Shown here: positions 28,854 through 37,945 of the stretch, piece by piece
Layout of the letters: the number at the start of each line of letters is the position of its first letter
How positions within the stretch are numbered: position 1 is the first letter of the stretch
Origin: an uncultured Verrucomicrobiota bacterium
GTDB lineage: Bacteria > Verrucomicrobiota > Verrucomicrobiia > Opitutales > Opitutaceae
Direction of reading: 5' to 3'
DNA length: 64,000 nucleotides
Assembly: GCA_903906135.1 (NCBI GenBank)
Contig: CAIVJE010000114.1
Location: 78 to 64,077 of the forward strand
The notes under the pieces: model-generated
What the model saw: only the letters and a program-made list of their open reading frames with translations
Database searches by the model: none
What the model was told of the DNA's origin: nothing
Program-made: the position numbers and the translations under genes

Positions 28854-31800
28854 ATGAAATCTCCCCGCATTTCTTTGGCTGCGCTGATCGGGGCGCAAGC
28901 GCAAGTCACTTTCAATGACTGTGCGGCCAAATTTATGCTCATTGCCCTCGCCCAGCAATTGGCGCGGCAGGCGGGCACTGATCCCAAGTCGCTGATCGCG
29001 TTGATCGCGGCTTTGCTGATTTCTCCCTACATTCTTTTGGGCCCGTTCTGCGGCTGGTTGGCTGATCGTTTCTCTAAGCGCACTGTCATTAATGGAGCAC
29101 TTGTGCTGCAAGTCGTCGCCATGGGTCTAGTCGTCGGTGCGCTCTGGCTTAAATTATTCTGGATCGTGCTGGCGGCTTATTTCCTCTTGTCGGTACAAAC
29201 GGCGATTCTGGCGCCCGCCAAGCGCGGCATTTTACTCGAATACGTCGGGCCTGAGAAGCTGTCCCGCTATGTCGGCTACATGGAGATGAGCGCCGTGACG
29301 GCGGTCTTGGTGGGCTCCTTTGCGGGGGGCTGGCTATTTTCCTACTGGTTGAATCTTGGAGGCGACCCGTGGCGAGCGGCGCTGTTGGTGAGTGTGGTGC
29401 TCTGGTTCCTCGCTGGGGTCGCGTGGGCGATTTTTCAATTCGCTCAACCGACACCTGCGCAAACGAAGACCCCTTTTGCTTGGAACTTGTTTATTCAACA
29501 TTTTCAACTGGCAGCCGAGGTGCGGGGTGATCGGCCGTTATGGCGGGCGACGATGGGTATTTGTTTCTTCTATGGTATCGGCGGATTTATTTCAGTGCTG
29601 CTGCCGCAGGTGGCTTTTGAAATGACGGCCGGCGGGGCGCGCACGGGGGCCATATCAAGTGGGATGCTGCTGATGTTAGGGGTGGGCACGTTGGCCGGAA
29701 ATTTATTTGCCGGACTTTTTTCCCGGCGCGGCATTGAGCTCGGCCTTGCTCCGCTCGGCGGTAGTTTGCTCGCGGGGGCTTTGCTTGGCTTAGGCTTGAC
29801 GACGCCTGGCACCGGGCAATTTAGCGCATTGCTCATCCTGGCTGGTTTTTCGACTGGGCTCTTTTTGGTGCCACTTTATGCGTTTATTCAAAATCACGCG
29901 GGGCAGCATCGTCGCGGGCGGATTTTAGCGGGGGTTAGTTTGCTCGATAGCGTGGCAGGTCTAGGGGCGAGTGGACTTTACTGGCTAGTGGCGAGCGATG
30001 CGATGCTCGGGTGGGGCGCGACCGCCCAATTTTTTGCACTGACGGGGTGCACGTTGTTGATGGTGGCTTACGGACTGTGGCATTTGCCGCACGAAACGGT
30101 GTGCACGGTGATGCGATTGATTGGCCCACTATTCTATACAGTTAAAACGAAGGGCCGCGGGCATGTGCCGGTCGGTGGTGCTCTGGTGATCTGCAATCAT
30201 CTTTCCTATGTCGACGCGGTGGTGCTGCAAATCGCGTCGCCGCGCCCACTCCGTTTTGTCGCCTTTGCCGGTTTTTCTAAAAACCCAGCTTTGCGTTTTC
30301 TTTTTAGGGCGTCGGGGGTTATTCCCGTTAACGCGAATAAGCCCATGAAGGGGATTCGACTCGCGGCGGAGGCGGCCAGGCGCGGCGAATTAGTCTGTGT
30401 CTTTCCGGAGGGGGCTATTTCCCGCACTGGCCAGCTGATGAAAATCACCCGAGGCTTTGAACGCATCGCGGAATTGGCGCAGGTTACAGTGGTGCCCGCG
30501 GTCATTGATGGGCTGTGGGGTTCGATTTATTCTTTCGCGGGCAATCGCTACCTGTGGAAATCACCCCGGCTATTACCCACTTCGGTTTGCGTTATTTTTG
30601 GTCAGCCGCTTTTGCCCGCCCAGATTGATCGCGCACATGCGCGCAAAGCACTCCTTGATTTAGCCGAAGCCGCGTTCCAGGAACGCCCGGTGCTTCGGCG
30701 TCATTTGGCCCGAGAGGTGGTGCGTTCACTGGCCAAGCGCCCGCGCCACTTAGAGGTGATTGATCGAACCGCTGAACGCCGCACGATGACGGCTGGTCAA
30801 TTGCTCGCGGTGGCCGCGGCGCTGTCGCGTCATATCGCCCGCCATATACCCGAGCAGCGGGTGGGCATTGTGCTGCCACCTGGGCTGGGCGCGCATATCG
30901 CTAATCTCGCCGTGGCGTGCGCCAATAAAACGCCCGTTAATTTGAATTTTACGGCGGGTCGATCCGCGATCGAGTCCAGTCTGCGTATTGGAGAAATTAA
31001 AACGGTGATCACCGCCGATGCCCTGCGGGTGCGCATCCCCGATTTTCCTTTCCCCGCGCATACGCTGGATCTCAAAACTGAATTGGGTGCCATGGGCGGG
31101 AGACGCGCGATTTTCCCGTGGCTGGTCGCGGCTTGGCTGCTGCCCAATCAGTGGTTTGCCGATTTGCTGGGACTCCCGCGCGAAGGTGATCGGGCCGAGG
31201 CGGCCTTGCTTTTTACCAGTGGTAGTTCCGGTGAACCGAAAGGGGTGATTTTAACCCATCGTAATATTCTAGCGAATTGCGCGCAGATTTCTTCGCTCTC
31301 GATTCTTCCCGATACGGCAATTTTGCTGGGTTGCTTACCGATTTTTCACTCGATGGGCTTCACGGTTACTTTGTGGTATCCGCTGCTCCGTGGGTGTCGC
31401 GTGGTTACACTGCCTAGTCCGCTCGATACGCGTAAAATTGCGGAGTCAATCCAACAAGAAAAAGCGACCGTCTTGCTGGGGGCGCCAACTTTTATTCGCC
31501 CGTTGCTGAGAAAAGCGACCAAGGAGGAACTCCAGTCCCTGGATTTAGTGGTCACCGGCGCGGAAAAATTACCGCTCGACCTTTACGAGGGATTTTTAGC
31601 GGCCTTCGGCATTGAGATTTTGCAAGGGTATGGTCTCACCGAAACTACGCCCGCTTCTAATATCAACCAGCATCATCCCCCCGTCACAACGGTGCATGCG
31701 CATCCCCAAATCGGAAAAAAGGTGGGTGCCGTTGGTCGTTTGATGCCGGGCATGACCGCGAGAATTGTCGATCCCGACACCGGCGCGGAATTGCCCTTGG

Positions 31801-32294
31801 GCGAGACGGGGATGGTCTGGATGCGCGGCGCTAATATTTTTCCAGGCTATTTGAAGGATGGAGAAAAAACTGCCGCCGCTTTTAAGGACGGGTGGTTTAT
31901 CACGGGCGATCTCGGCCGCTTTGACGAAGATGGTTTTTTATTTATCGAGGGTCGGCTTTCTCGGCTTTCAAAAATTGGTGGCGAAATGGTGCCACACGGA
32001 ATGGTGGAGCAACAAATTATTGAGGCCTTTGGCTGGATAGAAACCGATGGACCGACGGCCATCGTGGTCGGAGTCCCTGATGTTTCGAAAGGAGAGGCGA
32101 TTGTTTTAATCACCACTCGCGAGGTTACGATCGATCAGCTGCGGACTAAATTATTGTCCGCGGGTCTGCCCAGCCTGTGGATCCCGCGACAAATTCGTCG
32201 GGTGGATAAAATCCCCATCCTCGGCACGGGTAAGACCGATTTAAAGGGTTGTCGGGCGCTTGCGCTCGTAGGATCTAAGCTGACCGCCGATTAA
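28854..32294 (+). CDS. aas: MFS (LplT-like)-acyltransferase (PlsC)-acyl-ACP synthetase fusion
   Basis: Start at ATG 28854. MFS motif GWLADRFSKR, acyltransferase NHLSYVD and FPEG, AMP-binding FTSGSSGEPKG, GYGLTE, TGDLG, KIGGEMV, GTGK. Confidence 0.9.
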   Translation: MKSPRISLAALIGAQAQVTFNDCAAKFMLIALAQQLARQAGTDPKSLIALIAALLISPYILLGPFCGWLADRFSKRTVINGALVLQVVAMGLVVGALWLKLFWIVLAAYFLLSVQTAILAPAKRGILLEYVGPEKLSRYVGYMEMSAVTAVLVGSFAGGWLFSYWLNLGGDPWRAALLVSVVLWFLAGVAWAIFQFAQPTPAQTKTPFAWNLFIQHFQLAAEVRGDRPLWRATMGICFFYGIGGFISVLLPQVAFEMTAGGARTGAISSGMLLMLGVGTLAGNLFAGLFSRRGIELGLAPLGGSLLAGALLGLGLTTPGTGQFSALLILAGFSTGLFLVPLYAFIQNHAGQHRRGRILAGVSLLDSVAGLGASGLYWLVASDAMLGWGATAQFFALTGCTLLMVAYGLWHLPHETVCTVMRLIGPLFYTVKTKGRGHVPVGGALVICNHLSYVDAVVLQIASPRPLRFVAFAGFSKNPALRFLFRASGVIPVNANKPMKGIRLAAEAARRGELVCVFPEGAISRTGQLMKITRGFERIAELAQVTVVPAVIDGLWGSIYSFAGNRYLWKSPRLLPTSVCVIFGQPLLPAQIDRAHARKALLDLAEAAFQERPVLRRHLAREVVRSLAKRPRHLEVIDRTAERRTMTAGQLLAVAAALSRHIARHIPEQRVGIVLPPGLGAHIANLAVACANKTPVNLNFTAGRSAIESSLRIGEIKTVITADALRVRIPDFPFPAHTLDLKTELGAMGGRRAIFPWLVAAWLLPNQWFADLLGLPREGDRAEAALLFTSGSSGEPKGVILTHRNILANCAQISSLSILPDTAILLGCLPIFHSMGFTVTLWYPLLRGCRVVTLPSPLDTRKIAESIQQEKATVLLGAPTFIRPLLRKATKEELQSLDLVVTGAEKLPLDLYEGFLAAFGIEILQGYGLTETTPASNINQHHPPVTTVHAHPQIGKKVGAVGRLMPGMTARIVDPDTGAELPLGETGMVWMRGANIFPGYLKDGEKTAAAFKDGWFITGDLGRFDEDGFLFIEGRLSRLSKIGGEMVPHGMVEQQIIEAFGWIETDGPTAIVVGVPDVSKGEAIVLITTREVTIDQLRTKLLSAGLPSLWIPRQIRRVDKIPILGTGKTDLKGCRALALVGSKLTAD

Positions 32295-32379
32295 GCGCGC
32301 CGGCTTCTGCTCTTTACGGGTAGGGCGCGGCTATCCCCATGCTTGCACGTTCGCTGCCAACTCTGGTAAATCATTAACC

Positions 32380-33816
32380 ATGTCTGCTCCGCATTCCGTC
32401 GCTACCCGCCAACTGAAGCGTCGCCTGGGCGCCCGCGTTGATCTTTCAGCTGCGGGCTGTTGGGCCGCTTCGTTTGACAGTAGTAAAATATCATTTCTCC
32501 CCGTTGCCGTCATTAGCCCTCGGGTAGAAGCGGACATCGGCATCGTGCTGGTTTTGGCGAACAAGTATCACGTTCCCGTTACGGTGCGCGGTCGCGGGAC
32601 AACCTTGATGGGCTCCGCTGCTCCCGTGCGGGGCGGCTGGGTGCTGGATATGTTGAAATTAAATAAAGTGGTGATCGACGCTGATGCTGGCATGGCCCAG
32701 GTCGGGGCGGGCGCGACTACCGCTAACGTGCAGCGCGCCGCGGCCGCTCACGGCTGGTTTTATCCCCCGGATCCATCGTCGAAGGAGTATTGCACCATCG
32801 GGGGGAATATTGCCTGTAATGCGGGGGGAATGCATGGGGGCAAGTATGGGGTTACTCGAGATTTTGTTATCGCCCTCCGTGGTTTTCTGCCGACGGGGGA
32901 ATTTGTGCAGTGGGGCACTGCGACCAAAAAATTTGCCGCCGGATTTAATTTGCGTGACCTCTGGATCGGGAGTGAAGGCTTGCTGGGGGTCGTAACCGGA
33001 GCGGTGTTGAAGCTTATTCCACAGCCGGCTGCGCGCTGGACGCTATTGACCGCTTTCACGGATGAAGTAGCCGCATTAAAAGCCGCTCGCGTGTTATTTC
33101 GTGCGCGGGTGCAGCCGGCAATTTGCGAGTTCCTGGATCGTGAAAGCGTTTTGTGTGCCGAGCGAGCCACCGGGCAAACGGTTTTTCCGGGGCAAGCGGG
33201 CCGCCCCGTCATTCTCCTCGAGCTCGCGGGAACCGTGAGTGAGGTCAAAGATCTACAGCGAGAGGTGTTGGCGTGGGCGCGCACGCAGGCGCTCGCTTAC
33301 CGAGCAGCGAGGAGTCGCACCGAAGTGGAAGCGCTCTGGGCTGTCCGCCGTAAATGCTCTGGGGCGATGTTCGAGTTAGGTGACGCCAAACTTAACGAAG
33401 ATATCGTAATCCCCATGCGCAACTACGAGAAATTCGCAAAATTCCTCGCCCGCTTGAAACGTGATTCCCAATTACCGATCCCTACTTTTGGGCATGTCGC
33501 GGATGGCAATCTCCACGTCAATATCATGTATCACCGTGCCCATCCGCAAGAGACCAAGGCGGCGGAGGCCGCGGTGCAAAAATTGATGGAAACGGTCGTG
33601 GCAATGGGCGGCGCAATTTCTGGTGAGCATGGCATTGGTCTCGCGAAGACTCCCTTCCTGCGCTTGCAGCACAACCCGGCGCAGATAAAGGCGATGCTTG
33701 CCGTGAAAAAGGCTCTCGACCCACGCAATATTTGTAATCCCGGCAAAATGTTCGAGGTCGTACGCATCTGGAAATTTCCCAAATTGGCTATCCAGCTGCC
33801 TTGGGATCATAAATGA
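32380..33816 (+). CDS. FAD-linked oxidase, GlcD/D-lactate dehydrogenase family
   Basis: FYPPDPSS, TIGGNIACNAGG, KYGVTRD, GSEGLLG, FGHVADGNLHVN, GAISGEHGIG, LDPRNICNPGK. Confidence 0.9.
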   Translation: MSAPHSVATRQLKRRLGARVDLSAAGCWAASFDSSKISFLPVAVISPRVEADIGIVLVLANKYHVPVTVRGRGTTLMGSAAPVRGGWVLDMLKLNKVVIDADAGMAQVGAGATTANVQRAAAAHGWFYPPDPSSKEYCTIGGNIACNAGGMHGGKYGVTRDFVIALRGFLPTGEFVQWGTATKKFAAGFNLRDLWIGSEGLLGVVTGAVLKLIPQPAARWTLLTAFTDEVAALKAARVLFRARVQPAICEFLDRESVLCAERATGQTVFPGQAGRPVILLELAGTVSEVKDLQREVLAWARTQALAYRAARSRTEVEALWAVRRKCSGAMFELGDAKLNEDIVIPMRNYEKFAKFLARLKRDSQLPIPTFGHVADGNLHVNIMYHRAHPQETKAAEAAVQKLMETVVAMGGAISGEHGIGLAKTPFLRLQHNPAQIKAMLAVKKALDPRNICNPGKMFEVVRIWKFPKLAIQLPWDHK

Positions 33817-34108
33817 TCGAGGGGGGGGGGGCGCATCCCGCTGCCGGCGATTCGCCAAAGTAAGTCCGTGGCATTAAGTCAACTGTCACTTCATGTGGGG
33901 CGGCGGTAATTTTTTAGCGTTTTACCATTGCCGAGCGCAGGACCGCTCCCTCTAGTTTGCCCTTTAATTTTGAAAGCTATTTCTCCCGCCTATTGTTCTC
34001 TGCGCCCCATGCAATTTGCCCATTCCGGTTGGTGCTTCGTGGGCTAAACGTCATCCTTATTTCTCCTGAAAATTCGCCCTCACGGGCGGGAAAATATTCC
34101 ACGATTCA

Positions 34109-37100
34109 ATGTATCTTAAGGCACTAAAACTCCACGGTTTTAAAAGTTTTGCTGACAACACGACGCTCAGTTTTGAGCCCGGCGTGACGGCGATCGTTGG
34201 GCCCAATGGCTGCGGCAAAAGCAATATCGCTGATGCCATCCGCTGGGTCTTAGGCGAGCAAAGCGCTAAGGCCCTCCGCGGTGGCAAAATGCAGGATGTT
34301 ATTTTCGAGGGTGCGGATACGCGCAAAGCCGCCCAATTCTCCGAGGTCGCCTTAGTCATGACGGACTGCGAAAAGCAGCTCGGCTCTGATTTTCATGAAA
34401 TCGAGATCATGCGCCGGGTGTCCCGCGATGGTACGGGGGAATATTTCTTTAACGGCCAGCCCTGTCGGTTGAAGGATATCAATAAATTGTTCATGGATAC
34501 CGGGGTGGGCCGGACCAGTTATTCGATTATGGCGCAGGGTCAGATCGATCAGATTCTCTCATCAAAACCAGAGGAACGGCGGGTCGTGTTTGAGGAAGCG
34601 GCGGGGATTACCAAATATAAGAGCCAACGCCGTGAGGCGATGAACAAGCTCGCGCTGACGGAGCAAAATTTGGCGCGGGTCTCCGATGTGATCAATGAGG
34701 TCGCTCGCCAAATTGGCTCCCTAAAACGGCAAGCGGCCAAGGCCATGCGTTTTAAGCGCGTCAGCTTCCGCTTGCGCCACTTGGCGCTGGCTCACAGCAG
34801 TCACCAATTTAATCAATTCAGTACAGCGCTCACGGAGCTGGAGAGTCGGGTGGCCGCCATGCGTGGTGATGCCGATACCCGCCGCACATCACTCGAAGAA
34901 CGCACGCGCTCGCTCGACGATAAAAAATTGGCGCGCAGTTCACTTAATCAGCGGGTCCAAGATGCTCAACAGGCGGTGTTCGATCTTCGCTCCCAGAAAG
35001 AACAGGCGGAAAATGCCGCCGGTTTAGCGCAGGTAAAGCGCACGGGTCTGACGGAACGCATTGCTTCTAGTCAGGATGATTTAGCGGAACTCGAGATGCA
35101 ACTCCGGGAGCTCGCATCGCAGGTCGATACGGGGGCGCAAGATAAGCAAATGCAGCTCACGATGCTCGGTAGTTCCGATGCCGTGTTTCAGGATCGCAAT
35201 CGTGAGTTGGCCATCTTCGAAGGCGAGTTGACCAAGGCCGAGCAGCAGCTCAATGCCGAAAAATTTAACCTTTTACAGGTCGAAAGCGCGGTCGCTCGCC
35301 ATCGCACCGAAAGCTCCGGGCTCGAGGTGGATGCGCGGACGAGTCAGAATAAATTTGATCAACTCTCGACTGAGCTCGAACAGCTGCGGGCGGCCGTGGT
35401 GCTGGCGGTCGACACCCTCGCGCAAGTACGGGCCCGGGTAGAGGAAGCACGCGCCGAACAGAGTCGGAGCAGTAATGAGGCTCAAGCAGCCCAAGCCAGC
35501 CTTCAGGCCGCCACCCAAGACTTTCGCGAAGGCCAACGTAAACTTCAGGAGATCGACCGCAATTTAGCGCAGAAAACTGCCCGCTTGAAATTGCTGCAAC
35601 AGCTGCAGGAAAAGTGGGAAGGTTTCGGTGAAGGGGCCAAGGCGTTGCTGCAAGGGCGTTTTGTGGCCGAACTCGGTGAACAGAAATTTACCCCCATCAC
35701 CTCGGGACTCGAAGTGCGGGGCGAATATGCCAAAGCGCTGGAAGCCCTCCTTGGTTCTTCCGTGGAGGCGATTGCGGTGGCCGATCTGGCTACCGCCCAA
35801 AAAATTCTTACCCGGCTTGAGGGCGATCAAATTGGCAGTGTCTGTTTGCAAATTGCCGCACAAGGCGCGGGTAGTAGCGCTGCGGGCGTGAGCTTACCGG
35901 CCGGTCTGCGGCCGGCCACCGACGCCATCGCTAATCTCGAGCCCACCCATCCGGCCGCGGGTGTACTTTCCGCCTGCTATTTGGCCGATGACCTCAATGC
36001 CTTTCTTGATTTCTGGAAAGCTAATCCCTCCTTTAGTTTTCTGATGGTCGCGACGGCTAAGGGTGATCTGGTGGATCGTCGCGGGCTCATTTTTGGCGGC
36101 TATCATAAGAAGCCGGCTAATAGCATTGTGCAGCGCGAGGTTGACCTCCGCGAAACCGGCAAGGCAGTCGTCACGGAATCCAAAGCCCATGATGCCCAGC
36201 GGGCTCTCATTGAGCAGCTCAATACGGCGTTGGTTGAGGCAGAGGCTCTGCTCGAGCAGAAACGCAAGGATGTGCTCGTTGCTTCGCAGATTGCCGCCTC
36301 GATCACGACGGAAGAGAAAAATGCCCAACGGGCCCAAGCTGACGCGGCCCAACGGCTCGCTCGCTTGGAAAGCGAGCTAACCAATCACCAACGTGATCAT
36401 GACGAAGCGCTGAGCCGTCTCGCCAAAGCCCAGGTATTACTGGCCGCAGCAGAGGCGAACGTCACGGCGCAGAAAGAAAAAATTACCGCGACGGAATCCG
36501 GCATTACCGAGAAGCGCACCGCGCGTGATGAGAAGAAAGAAATTTTAGCTGCCGCCCGCTTGGAACTAGCCGAGCGTCGGCAAAAGGTGGAGGTCCTTGA
36601 TCGTGGCTTGAGTGAAATGGGCCGCCGCCGGTCCCAATTGGATGAGCTCTTAGTGCAACGGCAAATTGAGCTGGAGACCTGGACTGAGCAGGTAGCTCAG
36701 TTGGAACAAGAGACTGCCCTCCAACAAGGACGCGCGGGCGAAGTGGTCACAACTCTCGCGGTCGCTCAAACAAATGTGGAGCAAGTCCGCGGGGAACTTT
36801 CGACGGTTGAGCAAGAAATTGCGGCCGTCGAACAGGGCATGACCTCAATTCGCAGTGAAGCGGAGACCTCCCAGTCAGAATTATCTAAACATGAAGTAAA
36901 AGTGGCCGAGACCCGGGCGCGGGTCCAATTCCTGACGGAGGAAGTTACTCGTGAGTTCCAGACGGAGGTGGCTGGTCAGGACTGGAAGCAGCTCCTGTGG
37001 CACGCTGATGATGAGCCTGAAGGGCTCAAGGCACTCGATCTCGATGAAGAAGAAGAGTCGGCCCACCCGAGTGAAGAGGTGACCGCTGATCAGGCCACGG

Positions 37101-37906
37101 CGCCTAAACGCCGTAAGAAGAAAGAGAATAAGGGCGAGGCCACGGAAGCTGATTTAGCTGCGTTTGATCAACACAACTGGGAGGAGGTCAAGGCGGAGGT
37201 TGACGCGCTACGCCAACGGATAGGGAGCATGGGTGCAGTTAATTTGGTGGCGATTGAGGAATATGCTGAGCTCAAGCAGCGTTATGAATTTCTCAAAACT
37301 CAGAGTGATGACTTAGCGAGCGCTAAGGCTCAGCTGTTGAAGGCCATTGACGACATTAACCAGACGTCGCTGGAGCAATTTAAGGTCACCTTTGATCAAA
37401 TCCGGAAAAATTTCGCACATACTTTTCAGATTTTGTTCGGCGGTGGGCGCGCGGAGATTGAATTGGTGACGGCGGAAGATCCGCTGGAAAGCGGTATTGA
37501 AATTGTCGCGCAGCCCCCCGGCACTAAGCTCAAGGGCATCACGCTGCTATCGGGCGGCCAAAAGACGCTGACGGCAGTGGCTCTCCTGTTCGCGCTCTAC
37601 ATGGTGAAGCCTTCACCTTTCTGTTTACTCGACGAGTTAGATGCGCCGCTCGACGAATCAAATATTCACCGATTCACGAATTTGCTGAAGCAGTTCGTGA
37701 AAGAGTCGCAATTTATCATTATCACCCACAACAAGAGCACCATTGCGGCAGCCGATGCGATCTACGGGGTGACAATGCAAGAGCGGGGCGTATCGAGGAC
37801 GCTTTCAATGAAATTTGACCAATCGAGGGGCGACGCTGAGGTCTTGCCGGTGACCATCGCTGACGCCGTGCGGAGTGCCGCGCCCAGTGCGCCGGTGCAG
37901 TCTTAA
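34109..37906 (+). CDS. smc: Chromosome segregation protein SMC
   Basis: GFKSFA, GPNGCGKSN, long coiled coils, hinge GDLVDRRGLIFGG, LSGGQK, FCLLDELDAPLD, FIIITH. Confidence 0.97.
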   Translation: MYLKALKLHGFKSFADNTTLSFEPGVTAIVGPNGCGKSNIADAIRWVLGEQSAKALRGGKMQDVIFEGADTRKAAQFSEVALVMTDCEKQLGSDFHEIEIMRRVSRDGTGEYFFNGQPCRLKDINKLFMDTGVGRTSYSIMAQGQIDQILSSKPEERRVVFEEAAGITKYKSQRREAMNKLALTEQNLARVSDVINEVARQIGSLKRQAAKAMRFKRVSFRLRHLALAHSSHQFNQFSTALTELESRVAAMRGDADTRRTSLEERTRSLDDKKLARSSLNQRVQDAQQAVFDLRSQKEQAENAAGLAQVKRTGLTERIASSQDDLAELEMQLRELASQVDTGAQDKQMQLTMLGSSDAVFQDRNRELAIFEGELTKAEQQLNAEKFNLLQVESAVARHRTESSGLEVDARTSQNKFDQLSTELEQLRAAVVLAVDTLAQVRARVEEARAEQSRSSNEAQAAQASLQAATQDFREGQRKLQEIDRNLAQKTARLKLLQQLQEKWEGFGEGAKALLQGRFVAELGEQKFTPITSGLEVRGEYAKALEALLGSSVEAIAVADLATAQKILTRLEGDQIGSVCLQIAAQGAGSSAAGVSLPAGLRPATDAIANLEPTHPAAGVLSACYLADDLNAFLDFWKANPSFSFLMVATAKGDLVDRRGLIFGGYHKKPANSIVQREVDLRETGKAVVTESKAHDAQRALIEQLNTALVEAEALLEQKRKDVLVASQIAASITTEEKNAQRAQADAAQRLARLESELTNHQRDHDEALSRLAKAQVLLAAAEANVTAQKEKITATESGITEKRTARDEKKEILAAARLELAERRQKVEVLDRGLSEMGRRRSQLDELLVQRQIELETWTEQVAQLEQETALQQGRAGEVVTTLAVAQTNVEQVRGELSTVEQEIAAVEQGMTSIRSEAETSQSELSKHEVKVAETRARVQFLTEEVTREFQTEVAGQDWKQLLWHADDEPEGLKALDLDEEEESAHPSEEVTADQATAPKRRKKKENKGEATEADLAAFDQHNWEEVKAEVDALRQRIGSMGAVNLVAIEEYAELKQRYEFLKTQSDDLASAKAQLLKAIDDINQTSLEQFKVTFDQIRKNFAHTFQILFGGGRAEIELVTAEDPLESGIEIVAQPPGTKLKGITLLSGGQKTLTAVALLFALYMVKPSPFCLLDELDAPLDESNIHRFTNLLKQFVKESQFIIITHNKSTIAAADAIYGVTMQERGVSRTLSMKFDQSRGDAEVLPVTIADAVRSAAPSAPVQS

Positions 37907-37916
37907 GTGCTGTGAC

Positions 37917-37937
37917 GGGGCACCCATAGGGTGCCCC
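37917..37937. terminator. Hairpin between convergent smc and the PilB-like gene
   Basis: GGGGCACCC-ATA-GGGTGCCCC perfect 9-bp stem. Confidence 0.55.
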
Positions 37938-37945
37938 AGCTCATG

